Assembly (NCBI GenBank): GCA_002364085.1
Contig: DEXK01000008.1
Coordinates: 29,786-93,785 of the forward strand
Origin: Balneolaceae bacterium UBA3186
GTDB taxonomy: Bacteria > Bacteroidota > Rhodothermia > Balneolales > Balneolaceae
DNA: 64,000 nucleotides
Direction of reading: 5' to 3'
A program made the position numbers and the translations under genes. Below the pieces are notes generated by a model. The model did no database searches, was not told the DNA's origin, and was given only the letters and a program-made list of their open reading frames with translations. Positions 8,516-17,539 of the stretch are shown here, in pieces (the stretch's first letter is position 1; every line of letters begins with the position of its first letter).

Positions 8516-9478
8516 TTAAATCTTACTGAGCAATTCCATCGCAGCTTTTGATGGGGTTATTTTACCGGACTTGATCCTGCTTATAAGATCTTCAACACTT
8601 TTTTTATTCTCTCTTGAATTCCATAATCTTCTAAGCACCTCATCCTCAACCAATCGTTTAAACCAATTCAGTTCCTGCTCTTTTCTTTGAGCTTCAAAAA
8701 TTTCTTTCTCTTTTAATGCAGAAATAAACCCTTGAATTTTCTCCCATGCTTCATCAATTCTTTTTTTCTTAATGGAGCTTACTGTCAAAAACTCCACTCC
8801 AATTCCATCGTACTTTGGAGTGAGTAAATGAAACGCGTTTTGATATTCCATAACTGCATTTTTCGCCATCTTCTCCTGATCACCATCCGCTTTGTTGATC
8901 ACCAGAATATCGATGATCTCCATGATCCCTCTTTTGATTCCTTGTAGTGAATCACCGGCACCCGGCAACATCAAAACTAAGAAACAATCCACCATGGAAG
9001 CTACTTCAAATTCACTTTGTCCAACTCCTACAGTTTCAACCAGAATCACGTCATAACCCGCAGCTTCACACAGCATCATAGATTCGCGAGTTCGTTTTGC
9101 TACTCCTCCTAATGTGCCGGAAGTCGGCGAAGGACGAATAAAGGCTTCATCTTTTGAGGACAGCGTCTCCATTCTGGTTTTATCACCCAAAATACTTCCA
9201 CCCGTTGCGGGGCTACTAGGGTCTACCGCCAATACCGCAACTTTCAAGCCCTCTTCGATCAACAGATTTCCAAGCGCTTCTATAAATGTACTTTTTCCCA
9301 CTCCTGGTACTCCGGAAATACCAACCCGAACGGTTTCTTTAGCTGATCTTACTTTACTGATCAGTTCCTGAGCAGTTTGCTGGTCTGCCTCCCGGTTACT
9401 TTCAACCAGAGTGATGGCTTTGGCTAAATGTCGCCGCTTTCCTTCCTGAACCCCTTTTGCAAGTTCGTCAATGGTCAT
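8516..9478 (-). CDS. meaB: Methylmalonyl-CoA mutase-associated GTPase MeaB
   Basis: P-loop GISGVPGVGKST, AVDPSS..TGGSILGDKTRM, ETVGVGQSE, GDSLQGIKRGIME, NKAD; adjacent to scpA. Confidence 0.97.
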   Translation of the reverse strand: MTIDELAKGVQEGKRRHLAKAITLVESNREADQQTAQELISKVRSAKETVRVGISGVPGVGKSTFIEALGNLLIEEGLKVAVLAVDPSSPATGGSILGDKTRMETLSSKDEAFIRPSPTSGTLGGVAKRTRESMMLCEAAGYDVILVETVGVGQSEFEVASMVDCFLVLMLPGAGDSLQGIKRGIMEIIDILVINKADGDQEKMAKNAVMEYQNAFHLLTPKYDGIGVEFLTVSSIKKKRIDEAWEKIQGFISALKEKEIFEAQRKEQELNWFKRLVEDEVLRRLWNSRENKKSVEDLISRIKSGKITPSKAAMELLSKI

Positions 9479-9522
9479 GATATCTCAGATCTATTTACTA
9501 ACTCAGCTCTCAAACAAAGTTT

Positions 9523-9620
9523 AGTCATTCCACGGCGAATGCCTGGAATCTCATTTATTATATTGATTAAAAACTGGTTTGAATACATCAATCCGGATTC
9601 CTGCCTCCGCAGGAATGACT
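9523..9620. repeat. REP-like doublet (REPIN): two inverted GTCATTCC-type palindromes around an AT-rich spacer
   Basis: Left GTCATTCCA-CGGCGAATGCC-TGGAATC (9524-9550); right GATTCCTGC-CTCC-GCAGGAATGAC (9596-9619); terminal AGTCATTCC/GGAATGACT are exact inverted repeats. Confidence 0.8.
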
Positions 9621-9658
9621 TATAAAAAGATGATATAGCTATTGAACTGTTAATATCT

Positions 9659-11803
9659 CTATCTATTTTTAGCTCTGATTTCATCAATTACTTTTGATGC
9701 AGCTTTCGGAATATTCGTACCAGGACCAAAAATTGCAGAAACACCGGCTTCATAAAGAAAATCATAATCCTGAACTGGAATTACGCCACCGGCTACAATG
9801 ATAATATCTCCGGCTTCTTCTCTTTTGAGAATTTTTACCAGATCCGGAATTAAGGTTTTGTGTCCAGCAGCCAGAGTGGATACACCGATCACATGCACAT
9901 CATTTTCGATAGCTTGCTTAGCGGCTTCTTCCGGCGTTGAGAATAACGGACCTACATCCACATCAAAACCCATATCTGCGAATGCAGTTGCTACTACTTT
10001 AGCTCCACGATCATGACCGTCCTGTCCCATTTTCACTACTAAAATTCTTGGTCGGCGACCTTCTTCTTCGGAAAATGCATCGATCTTTGACTTTATTTCC
10101 TGATATCCTTTATCCGATTTATACACGCTTTCGTACACTCCTTTTATGGTTTGATTGGTGGCGGTATGTCTTCCCCAAGCCTGCTCAAGTGCTGTAGAGA
10201 TTTCTCCAACAGTAGCTCTTTTACGTGTTGCTTCCACAGCAAGATCCAGAATATTTCCTTCGCCTGATCTAGCCGCTTCGGTAATTGCCAACAAGGCTTC
10301 TTTGGTTGCTACCTTATCGCGCTTAGCTTTGATCTCATCGATCAGATCAACTTGCCCATCCCGAACTCCGGTGTTGTCGATATCTAAAATATCCACCGGA
10401 TCTTCTTTTTCATTTACGTATTTGTTCACACCAACAATGGTGATATCGCCTTTATCAATTCCGGCTTGCTTGATGGCAGCGGCTTCCTCGATCTTTCGTT
10501 TTGGATATCCTTCTTCGATAGCTTTTGCCATTCCACCCATTTCCATCACTTCATTGATGATGGTCTTTGCCTTTTCTTTCAGATCATGAGTCATGGATTC
10601 TATAGCATACGACCCTCCGAGCGGATCAACGGTATGCGTGATATCCGTTTCTTCCTGAATGATGGTCTGGGTATTTCTGGCAATTCTGGATGATGTTTCT
10701 GTCGGCAGAGAAATTGCTTCATCATAACTGTTGGTATGTAGCGATTGAGTTCCACCAAGAACTGCTGCCATAGCTTCTATCGTAGTTCTTACCACATTAT
10801 TCAATGGGTCCTGAGCAGTTAATGACCAGCCTGATGTTTGACAATGTGTTCTCAACATCAATGACTTTTGATTCTTTGGCTCAAAGTGCTCTTTCATCAA
10901 TTCTGCCCAGAGCGTTCTTGCTGCTCTCAGCTTACTCACTTCCATAAGAAAGTTCATTCCGATCGCAAAAAAGAACGATAATCGTGGAGCAAAAGCATCT
11001 ACATCTAAACCGCTTTCAACTGCAGTTTTAACATATTCTAGACCATCAGCTAGAGTAAAAGCCAATTCAAGAGCTGAATCTGCTCCGGCTTCCTGCATGT
11101 GATATCCGGAAATGGAGATCGAATTAAAGCGAGGCATTTTTTCACTGGTATATTCGATGATATCTGAAACCAATCGCATAGATTCTTGTGGTGGATAGAT
11201 ATAAGTGTTCCGAACCATGAATTCTTTCAGAATATCATTCTGAATCGTTCCGCTTAATTGCTCAGGTGAAACTCCCTGCTCTTCAGCTGCAACTATATAC
11301 GCTGCCATGATGGGAATCACTGCTCCGTTCATCGTCATGGAAACGGACATTTTATCTAGAGGAATACCATCGAATAATATCTTCATGTCTTCCACTGAAT
11401 CGATGGCAACTCCGGCTTTACCAACATCTCCAACTACCCGTGGATGGTCAGAATCATAGCCTCGGTGCGTTGCAAGGTCAAAAGCCACACTAAGCCCCTT
11501 TTGTCCTTTTTTGAGCGCCTGACGATAAAATTTGTTCGATTCTTCTGCAGTTGAAAATCCGGCGTATTGGCGAATCGTCCACGGACGTTGTGTATACATA
11601 CTGGAATAAGGACCGCGCGTAAAAGGAAATTCTCCCGGATAGCCCGGATCGACATTTCTTTTAGAGACATCTTCTGAATCATACAATGCCTGAATTTCAA
11701 AACCCTCAGGACTTTGTCGGTTTAAAGATTCTGCTTTATCACCTTTAAGCAGTTTTTCTACACCTTTCTTCCAATTTTCTTTACCGGAATTATTTTCTGA
11801 CAT
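9659..11803 (-). CDS. scpA: Methylmalonyl-CoA mutase (B12-dependent, catalytic subunit)
   Basis: [46 protein letters not shown] and B12-binding [12 protein letters not shown]. Confidence 0.98.
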   Translation of the reverse strand: MSENNSGKENWKKGVEKLLKGDKAESLNRQSPEGFEIQALYDSEDVSKRNVDPGYPGEFPFTRGPYSSMYTQRPWTIRQYAGFSTAEESNKFYRQALKKGQKGLSVAFDLATHRGYDSDHPRVVGDVGKAGVAIDSVEDMKILFDGIPLDKMSVSMTMNGAVIPIMAAYIVAAEEQGVSPEQLSGTIQNDILKEFMVRNTYIYPPQESMRLVSDIIEYTSEKMPRFNSISISGYHMQEAGADSALELAFTLADGLEYVKTAVESGLDVDAFAPRLSFFFAIGMNFLMEVSKLRAARTLWAELMKEHFEPKNQKSLMLRTHCQTSGWSLTAQDPLNNVVRTTIEAMAAVLGGTQSLHTNSYDEAISLPTETSSRIARNTQTIIQEETDITHTVDPLGGSYAIESMTHDLKEKAKTIINEVMEMGGMAKAIEEGYPKRKIEEAAAIKQAGIDKGDITIVGVNKYVNEKEDPVDILDIDNTGVRDGQVDLIDEIKAKRDKVATKEALLAITEAARSGEGNILDLAVEATRKRATVGEISTALEQAWGRHTATNQTIKGVYESVYKSDKGYQEIKSKIDAFSEEEGRRPRILVVKMGQDGHDRGAKVVATAFADMGFDVDVGPLFSTPEEAAKQAIENDVHVIGVSTLAAGHKTLIPDLVKILKREEAGDIIIVAGGVIPVQDYDFLYEAGVSAIFGPGTNIPKAASKVIDEIRAKNR

Positions 11804-11877
11804 GGAGTTAGTTTTTTATGGAAACTTCTATCTCCCTAAATGTACGACTTTGAGAGAAGATTTTTAAGAATGAAAAA

Positions 11878-12693
11878 TCACTTCAAATTCATCTCTGTCT
11901 GGGAAGTACCAAAACTCATATCGGAATCAAATTCACCTTTGCCGAAGGTTTCTTCCATTTCGGCACGGAGTTTTTGAATAGTTAATCCACTTTTAAGCGT
12001 CCCGTTTCTGGCAAGAGAAACACGCCCTGTTTCTTCAGAGACGATCAATACTAATACATTATTGGTTTCACTAATACCAACCGCTGCACGGTGTCGAGTA
12101 CCAAAAGACTGTGCAATATTCGGATTTTGTGAGATAGGCAAATAACAACTTGCGGCAACAATTCTATTGCTCCTGATCACCACCGCACCATCATGGAGTG
12201 GAGTGTCTTTTTGAAAAATTGTGGTAAGTAACTCTGCTTTTACAGCAGAATCAATTTTTACCCCGGCGTCTACCAAGTCTTGTAGCGAAGAAGAACGGGC
12301 AAATACTATCAGCGCTCCGGTTCTGTCTTTAGCCATTTTTTTGGTGGCATCAATTACCTCATCGATCATTTCATTTGATCCCGTTCTGGTAAAGAAGCGA
12401 TCAAAACTGGTATTATTACCAATTCTGTACAAAAGCTTTCTGATTTCCGGTTGGAAAAGGATAAACACAGCCAGAATACCTACATCAAGAATACTTTTAA
12501 GAATGAAATTAATGGTCTCAAAACCCAATAAACGGATTATAAAATTGATCAGAATTACGAATATGATTCCAATAGTAGCTTGAATTGCGAATGTTCCTTT
12601 GATCCATCGATACAGATATACCAGAACCCCTGCAATAATGAGGGTTTCGATGAAATCCTTAATTCCGAATTCTAAAAATCCGATGGGAAACAA
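11878..12693 (-). CDS. cdaA: Diadenylate cyclase CdaA
   Basis: Three N-terminal TM helices, FQPEIR, LHDGAV (DGA), FGTRHRAA (RHR), VSEETG; TTG start. Confidence 0.96.
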   Translation of the reverse strand: MFPIGFLEFGIKDFIETLIIAGVLVYLYRWIKGTFAIQATIGIIFVILINFIIRLLGFETINFILKSILDVGILAVFILFQPEIRKLLYRIGNNTSFDRFFTRTGSNEMIDEVIDATKKMAKDRTGALIVFARSSSLQDLVDAGVKIDSAVKAELLTTIFQKDTPLHDGAVVIRSNRIVAASCYLPISQNPNIAQSFGTRHRAAVGISETNNVLVLIVSEETGRVSLARNGTLKSGLTIQKLRAEMEETFGKGEFDSDMSFGTSQTEMNLK

Positions 12694-12705
12694 TGTAGTA
12701 GCCGT

Positions 12706-13488
12706 CTAGCGTTGTGATTGAATTGCTTGGAATATACGTAATGAATCGGAAGCTTCCTTAACATCATGAACACGAAGTATTTTTGCTCCTTTTATAAGTG
12801 CATCATAATGAACTGAAACCGTTCCGATCAGCCGATCATCAGCAGGTCTCTCATCCAGAATTTTTCCGATCATCGATTTTCGTGATGCTCCAATTAACAC
12901 AGGAACGCCAATTTTTGTGAATTTATCAAGGTGGGCTAGTAATTTTAAATTATGCTCTTGAGTTTTGCCAAAGCCAATACCCGGATCGATAATTATTTTC
13001 TGCACTCCTTTTGACCGAGCATAAGCGATCTTGGTTTCAAAAAAATGTAGTAGATCTTCTATTACATTATCATATTTCGGAGCATCCTGCATGGTTTTTG
13101 GATCTCCCTGAGAATGCATTATCACATAGGCTGCGTCTTGTTCAGCTGCCAGCTCTGCCATAGCAGGAGATTTCTGTAAACCGCTTACGTCATTTATTAT
13201 ACTGGCTCCAACTTTCAGCGCTTCTTCAGCTACTTTGAACTTAGTTGTATCGATAGAATAAGTGAGATCAGGGAATGTCTTTGTAGCTTTTTCAAGAACA
13301 GGAATAACACGATCTATTTCTTCCTGTTCAGAAACCGGATCCGATCCCGGACGGGTAGACTCTCCACCAATATCAATGATAGAAGCTCCGTCTCTGCGCA
13401 TAATATGAATTCTATCGAGTGCGCGCGCTACATGAATGTACTTACCACCATCACTGAATGAATCAGGAGTAGCATTTATGATCCCCAT
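12706..13488 (-). CDS. folP: Dihydropteroate synthase (true start may lie upstream at a non-canonical codon)
   Basis: MGIINATPDSFSDGG, IDIGGESTRPG, SIDT, INDVSG, IDPGIGFGK, GASRKS, LRVHDV. Confidence 0.97.
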   Translation of the reverse strand: MGIINATPDSFSDGGKYIHVARALDRIHIMRRDGASIIDIGGESTRPGSDPVSEQEEIDRVIPVLEKATKTFPDLTYSIDTTKFKVAEEALKVGASIINDVSGLQKSPAMAELAAEQDAAYVIMHSQGDPKTMQDAPKYDNVIEDLLHFFETKIAYARSKGVQKIIIDPGIGFGKTQEHNLKLLAHLDKFTKIGVPVLIGASRKSMIGKILDERPADDRLIGTVSVHYDALIKGAKILRVHDVKEASDSLRIFQAIQSQR

Positions 13489-13541
13489 TATTTTGGGAGT
13501 GGAAAAATCTGGTATTGAGATAATAGAAGTTGTTTGAGTAA

Positions 13542-13597
13542 GGTTATTAGTTAATGGTTATCGGTATACGGAAACAAATAACCATTAACCAATCACT
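13542..13597. repeat. Inverted heptamer tandem-repeat hairpin
   Basis: GGTTATT AGTTAAT GGTTAT(C), 16-nt loop, (A)ATAACC ATTAACC AATCACT; the arms match 17/20 as reverse complements. Confidence 0.75.
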
Positions 13598-13603
13598 AAT
13601 AGA

Positions 13604-13939
13604 TTACCACTCTTCCTGTAGCTCGCTTAATTTATCTTCTTTGGTTGCCCATTCATCTGCATCAGGAAGTGCATCCTGAGTTTCATTGATTACTCTGTCT
13701 TCCCACTGTTCAGCAAGGCGTTCATTTAGTTCAATATAGTGCTCCCACTTTTCAGGCACTTCATCATCCGGATAAATAGCTTCTACCGGACATTCCGAAA
13801 CACATGCATCACAATCGATACACTCATTTGGATCGATAGTTAGAAAATTTGGTCCTTCCCGAAAAGCGTCAACAGGACAAACAGCAGCACAATTAGTATA
13901 TTTACATTGAACGCAAGGTTCAGTTACAATGTAGGGCAT
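13604..13939 (-). CDS. fdxA: 7Fe-type ferredoxin (FdxA/FdI-like)
   Basis: CVQCKYTNCAAVCPVD and IDPNECIDCDACVSECPVEAI Cys clusters; acidic C-terminal extension. Confidence 0.93.
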   Translation of the reverse strand: MPYIVTEPCVQCKYTNCAAVCPVDAFREGPNFLTIDPNECIDCDACVSECPVEAIYPDDEVPEKWEHYIELNERLAEQWEDRVINETQDALPDADEWATKEDKLSELQEEW

Positions 13940-14008
13940 TATATTAGTTTTGTATTTTTATTTGGTGATTGGGAATATCTAAGCCTGAGGCATTAGATGC
14001 AATCCAAA

Positions 14009-15220
14009 TTATTTAAGCATTTCCTTAACAGTATTAAAATCTCCATCATTTGGCGCGGGATGCACATTTAGAATCTTTGCCATAACTTCATAAAGATGAA
14101 TGTTTTCAATACGTCCCATAGTAAATTTATTCTTGAATGCAGGCCCGTGCGCTATAAATAATGCATCCATCTTGATGTTTGCATTATCAAAACCGTGCGC
14201 GCCACCACTTGGATATTCCTCACCTCTTGATTTAAAATATTCATCAGAGTTTATAGTGTAGCCTTCTTCTGCTATCATTAAGAAATCTGGCGTTCTGATA
14301 TTGTTTTTAAGGTGAAAGCGTTCGGGAATATCTTCCTTTGAGTAAATCCTGTAGTTTTGCTCCCCTGCTTTTAAAGAGGAATATATGTCTGATTTGACCG
14401 CACCCTCTTTCACATTAAACATAAGTGCAGGGGAATAGGAAATGACTTCTATTTTATTAACATCAATGTAGTTGTCCAGTATAACTTTTTTTGACGGAGA
14501 TACTTCGATCATACCATGATCAGAAACAATCATCAGATTAACAGATCTATCATTGTCGAGTTGTTCCAACTTTTCCATTAAATAACCAACTAATTCATCG
14601 GCCTGTTTAATAGATTCTATTACCTCTTCTGAGTCTGGTCCATAACGATGTCCTTGACTATCGACAAAACTAAAATAAAGTGTTCCAAGATCTACGGGTT
14701 CTTTCTCTCTGGTCAACCACTTCAGAACTGTATCTATTCTTGCTTCATTTGCAATACTACCGTCATAACTTTTCCAATGTGTTGGTCTCATATCCTGAAT
14801 AGGAGCTTCTGAGCCAATCCAAAACATGGTACCCGCTCTTTTACCGGCTTTTTCTACAGTGTTCCAGATGGGTTCCCCTAAATACCATTCAGGATTTTCA
14901 ACCGCATCTCGGTTTCCCATAGAGTATCTTGCTTCCATCTCAGGATCATACATATTATTGCCTATCAATCCATTATTCTCCGGATATAAACCTGTAGCAA
15001 TCGCGTAATGGTTTGGGAATGTCTTTGTTGGAAATATTGGAATCAGTCCTTCTGATGTAACCCCGTTCTTAACTAGTTTATCAAAATTCGGAGTGGCTGT
15101 TTTTGATAAATAATCAGCGCGAAAACCATCAAATGAAATTAGTAACAGCTGTTGTTCTTCATTTTTTGGAGAACACCCAATCAAAACTAATACGGATAGA
15201 ACAATTAGAAGCTTTTTCAT
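14009..15220 (-). CDS. Ectonucleotide pyrophosphatase/phosphodiesterase (ENPP/NPP, alkaline phosphatase superfamily) lipoprotein
   Basis: Lipobox LIGC; LISFDGFR, TKTFPNH (Thr nucleophile), DSQGH, SDHG and GAHG metal-ligand motifs. Confidence 0.93.
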   Translation of the reverse strand: MKKLLIVLSVLVLIGCSPKNEEQQLLLISFDGFRADYLSKTATPNFDKLVKNGVTSEGLIPIFPTKTFPNHYAIATGLYPENNGLIGNNMYDPEMEARYSMGNRDAVENPEWYLGEPIWNTVEKAGKRAGTMFWIGSEAPIQDMRPTHWKSYDGSIANEARIDTVLKWLTREKEPVDLGTLYFSFVDSQGHRYGPDSEEVIESIKQADELVGYLMEKLEQLDNDRSVNLMIVSDHGMIEVSPSKKVILDNYIDVNKIEVISYSPALMFNVKEGAVKSDIYSSLKAGEQNYRIYSKEDIPERFHLKNNIRTPDFLMIAEEGYTINSDEYFKSRGEEYPSGGAHGFDNANIKMDALFIAHGPAFKNKFTMGRIENIHLYEVMAKILNVHPAPNDGDFNTVKEMLK

Positions 15221-15254
15221 CGTGACCGAAAGTTAGGTCTTTACAAATAGTTTA

Positions 15255-16544
15255 TTATTCGAAATCTGTTGTTAATTTAAAGCGTGCAATTCTATTATTG
15301 CCGGTATCTGCCACATATACTACAGCTCTATAGTAGGCTACACCGCTTGGATTCCTGAATTGCTTTGGACCTGCCCCTTCGCCACCAAATGAGACAAGAA
15401 TTTTCTTGCTGTTAGCATCAGCACCTACCGGAGGATTTACCCCTTCCTGTCCATTTGATTGAAATTGATATAAAGAGTCTGTTTCTGAATCAACCACAAA
15501 AATAAATGCATCATCATCCCCTGAAAAAGCAATATCAGTTGGCAATTGGAATTTACCGGGCTCATATAAAAAGCCATTCGCTTGTGAAGTATCCTGAGCC
15601 AAAAGTGAAGAGTTCTGCTGAAATACTAAACCATCAGTAGTCTCAACTGCATTAATCCACAATACTCTGAAATCTATTTGCTGAGATTGTGAAGCCTGCG
15701 CGATTAAAAAGCTTCTATCATCTGTTAACCGGTCTCTTTGAGGAGGTGTAACGAAAGAGGCTACTGAACTTAATCTTACAGCACTTCTTAATGAAGGGTT
15801 AGTAGGATTCAACGTAGTGATCTGACGTACATTCGTCATTTTTTCTGTTGCAACTCCATTTATTTCAATTCTTGAAAACTCCAGAACTGTGTTATCAGGT
15901 GCGGCAACTTGATTGGTGCTGTTTAATGGCCCTCTTCTAGACAAATAAATCGAATTATCAGCCAAAACTGTAATTCCTGTTATTTCTACATTTTCATAGT
16001 TGTTTGATGAGCTTTTATTAAGTCTGGCATTCTGTGCAGCTGAAGTACTTAAACTAGCATCATCAAACGGAAAAATTAGTGTATCAACAAATTCCAGATC
16101 CCCTGCACCGTTCAGATTTTTAATTTTAAAAACAGCCGGCAGATTGAAAGTAGTTGGGACTCCATTTTTATCAATAGTTGTATCTATTCTTGCAGACACA
16201 TAGATATTTAACAACCTGTCTTGTGTAACTGCATTCGCTCCTTGTAGCTGAATAGTTCTTCTAGGTGAGAGGTCTGCTCTGTCAAGTAAATGTACACCTT
16301 GATTATCAGTTACGTAAACGAACGTATCGAAACCGATATGAACGTCGTTTGGAGCATCGAAACCACCCCAAAATGGAAGTACAGGAGCATAACCATCAAC
16401 ATTTTCCAATCGAGGGTCGATCTTACCTTCATCAAATATTTCTTCGTTCGTTGAATCATTTTTAGATCCGAAAATAGATTCACACCCTGTTCCAAAAACA
16501 GCAAGCAGAACTATTAAAAATCCTAATTTCTTCATTCTAATCAT
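15255..16544 (-). CDS. Lipoprotein with NHL-type beta-propeller
   Basis: Lipobox GTGC; C-terminal NHL repeat GGEGAGPKQFRNPSGVA..VYVADTGNNRI and FQLPTDIA..FVVDS; ATGA overlap with the upstream PorV-like gene. Confidence 0.75.
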   Translation of the reverse strand: MIRMKKLGFLIVLLAVFGTGCESIFGSKNDSTNEEIFDEGKIDPRLENVDGYAPVLPFWGGFDAPNDVHIGFDTFVYVTDNQGVHLLDRADLSPRRTIQLQGANAVTQDRLLNIYVSARIDTTIDKNGVPTTFNLPAVFKIKNLNGAGDLEFVDTLIFPFDDASLSTSAAQNARLNKSSSNNYENVEITGITVLADNSIYLSRRGPLNSTNQVAAPDNTVLEFSRIEINGVATEKMTNVRQITTLNPTNPSLRSAVRLSSVASFVTPPQRDRLTDDRSFLIAQASQSQQIDFRVLWINAVETTDGLVFQQNSSLLAQDTSQANGFLYEPGKFQLPTDIAFSGDDDAFIFVVDSETDSLYQFQSNGQEGVNPPVGADANSKKILVSFGGEGAGPKQFRNPSGVAYYRAVVYVADTGNNRIARFKLTTDFE

Positions 16545-17539
16545 AAACTAAATCCTAACGAAATTCTGTGTATAGTTCCTAAACGGTCGAAGTTTGTGAA
16601 GCCGTAATCAGCTTTAAGTGTTTTTCCTGAAAAAGGAATTTTTATTCCTGCTCCAAAACTTGGTAGTAATCTCTCTTCATTTCCAAATTCGTACCCGGCT
16701 CTGAAAAAGAACTGATCCATGAAGCTGTATTCTCCACCAATATTTAACTCCTCTGAGTTATCACTTGGGTTATTGATTTGTGCAGTTAATACAACCTTGT
16801 TTTCCTCTGTTTCATAAACATCATAAGCTGCTCCAAAAATAAATCTAGTTGGTAAAGAAAGCTCACTTTCAGGCTCTCGTGTTACTTCACCTTGTGGGGT
16901 TGAATTTGAAACCTCTCCTTCGGGTGATGCATCGAATCCAAAGTTATTTACGCTTACACCAAACCGAAGTCCGGTATCACCAACGTCATAAGAAAACCCA
17001 AAATCTATTGCTCCTGTTTGATAAGTCACATCAAAAAAGTTTAGGTAATAGTATCTCAAAGTAATTCCATAGCTAAATAAATCAGTAATTTTATGAGAAC
17101 CAGTTAACCCTGCAGATAGATGATGTGTTCTAAATGTACGTCCATCACCAAAAGGCTGCGTTTCTGTTGTTACGTTTTGATCTCCTGATGTGAAATACTG
17201 AACAGAGCCACCGATAGCAAAATCTCTGTATTTATGAACATAACTGAAATATTGTTGATTCGTCTCAACCAGATACGATGTATGTGAAAGGGTTGCAAAC
17301 GAACTTCCTATTTTAGAAGCTAATGCTGGATTCCAGTATAAACTTGAGCCATCAGTTGCATCCGCCATGTTTGAATTTCCCATTCCAGCACTTCTGGCAT
17401 CTACAGTTATCTTAGTAAACTGAAAGCCTTCGGTTCCTGATCGGTCATCTCCATAAGAGGTTTGCCCAAATGTTTGCGTGCCGGCAAAGAAAATAATTCC
17501 GGCTAAAATAAACGAAGTAAGTTTAGAGTAATTTCTCAT
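16541..17539 (-). CDS. PorV/PorQ-family (FadL-like) outer-membrane beta-barrel, T9SS shuttle paralogue
   Basis: GTEGFQFTKITVDARSAGMG and SLYWNPA motifs, amphipathic strands, C-terminal HRISLGFSL; ATG at 17539 overlaps the TBDR stop (TGATG); in-frame TTG at 17542. Confidence 0.9.
   Translation of the reverse strand: MRNYSKLTSFILAGIIFFAGTQTFGQTSYGDDRSGTEGFQFTKITVDARSAGMGNSNMADATDGSSLYWNPALASKIGSSFATLSHTSYLVETNQQYFSYVHKYRDFAIGGSVQYFTSGDQNVTTETQPFGDGRTFRTHHLSAGLTGSHKITDLFSYGITLRYYYLNFFDVTYQTGAIDFGFSYDVGDTGLRFGVSVNNFGFDASPEGEVSNSTPQGEVTREPESELSLPTRFIFGAAYDVYETEENKVVLTAQINNPSDNSEELNIGGEYSFMDQFFFRAGYEFGNEERLLPSFGAGIKIPFSGKTLKADYGFTNFDRLGTIHRISLGFSL

Noticed and set aside
9428-9687. ORFs 9475-9687 (-) and 9428-9625 (+) in the track
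   Set aside because: They overlap scpA/meaB and simply translate the REP doublet (SFLRRQES; VIPRRMPGI...DSCLRRND), a typical spurious signature.
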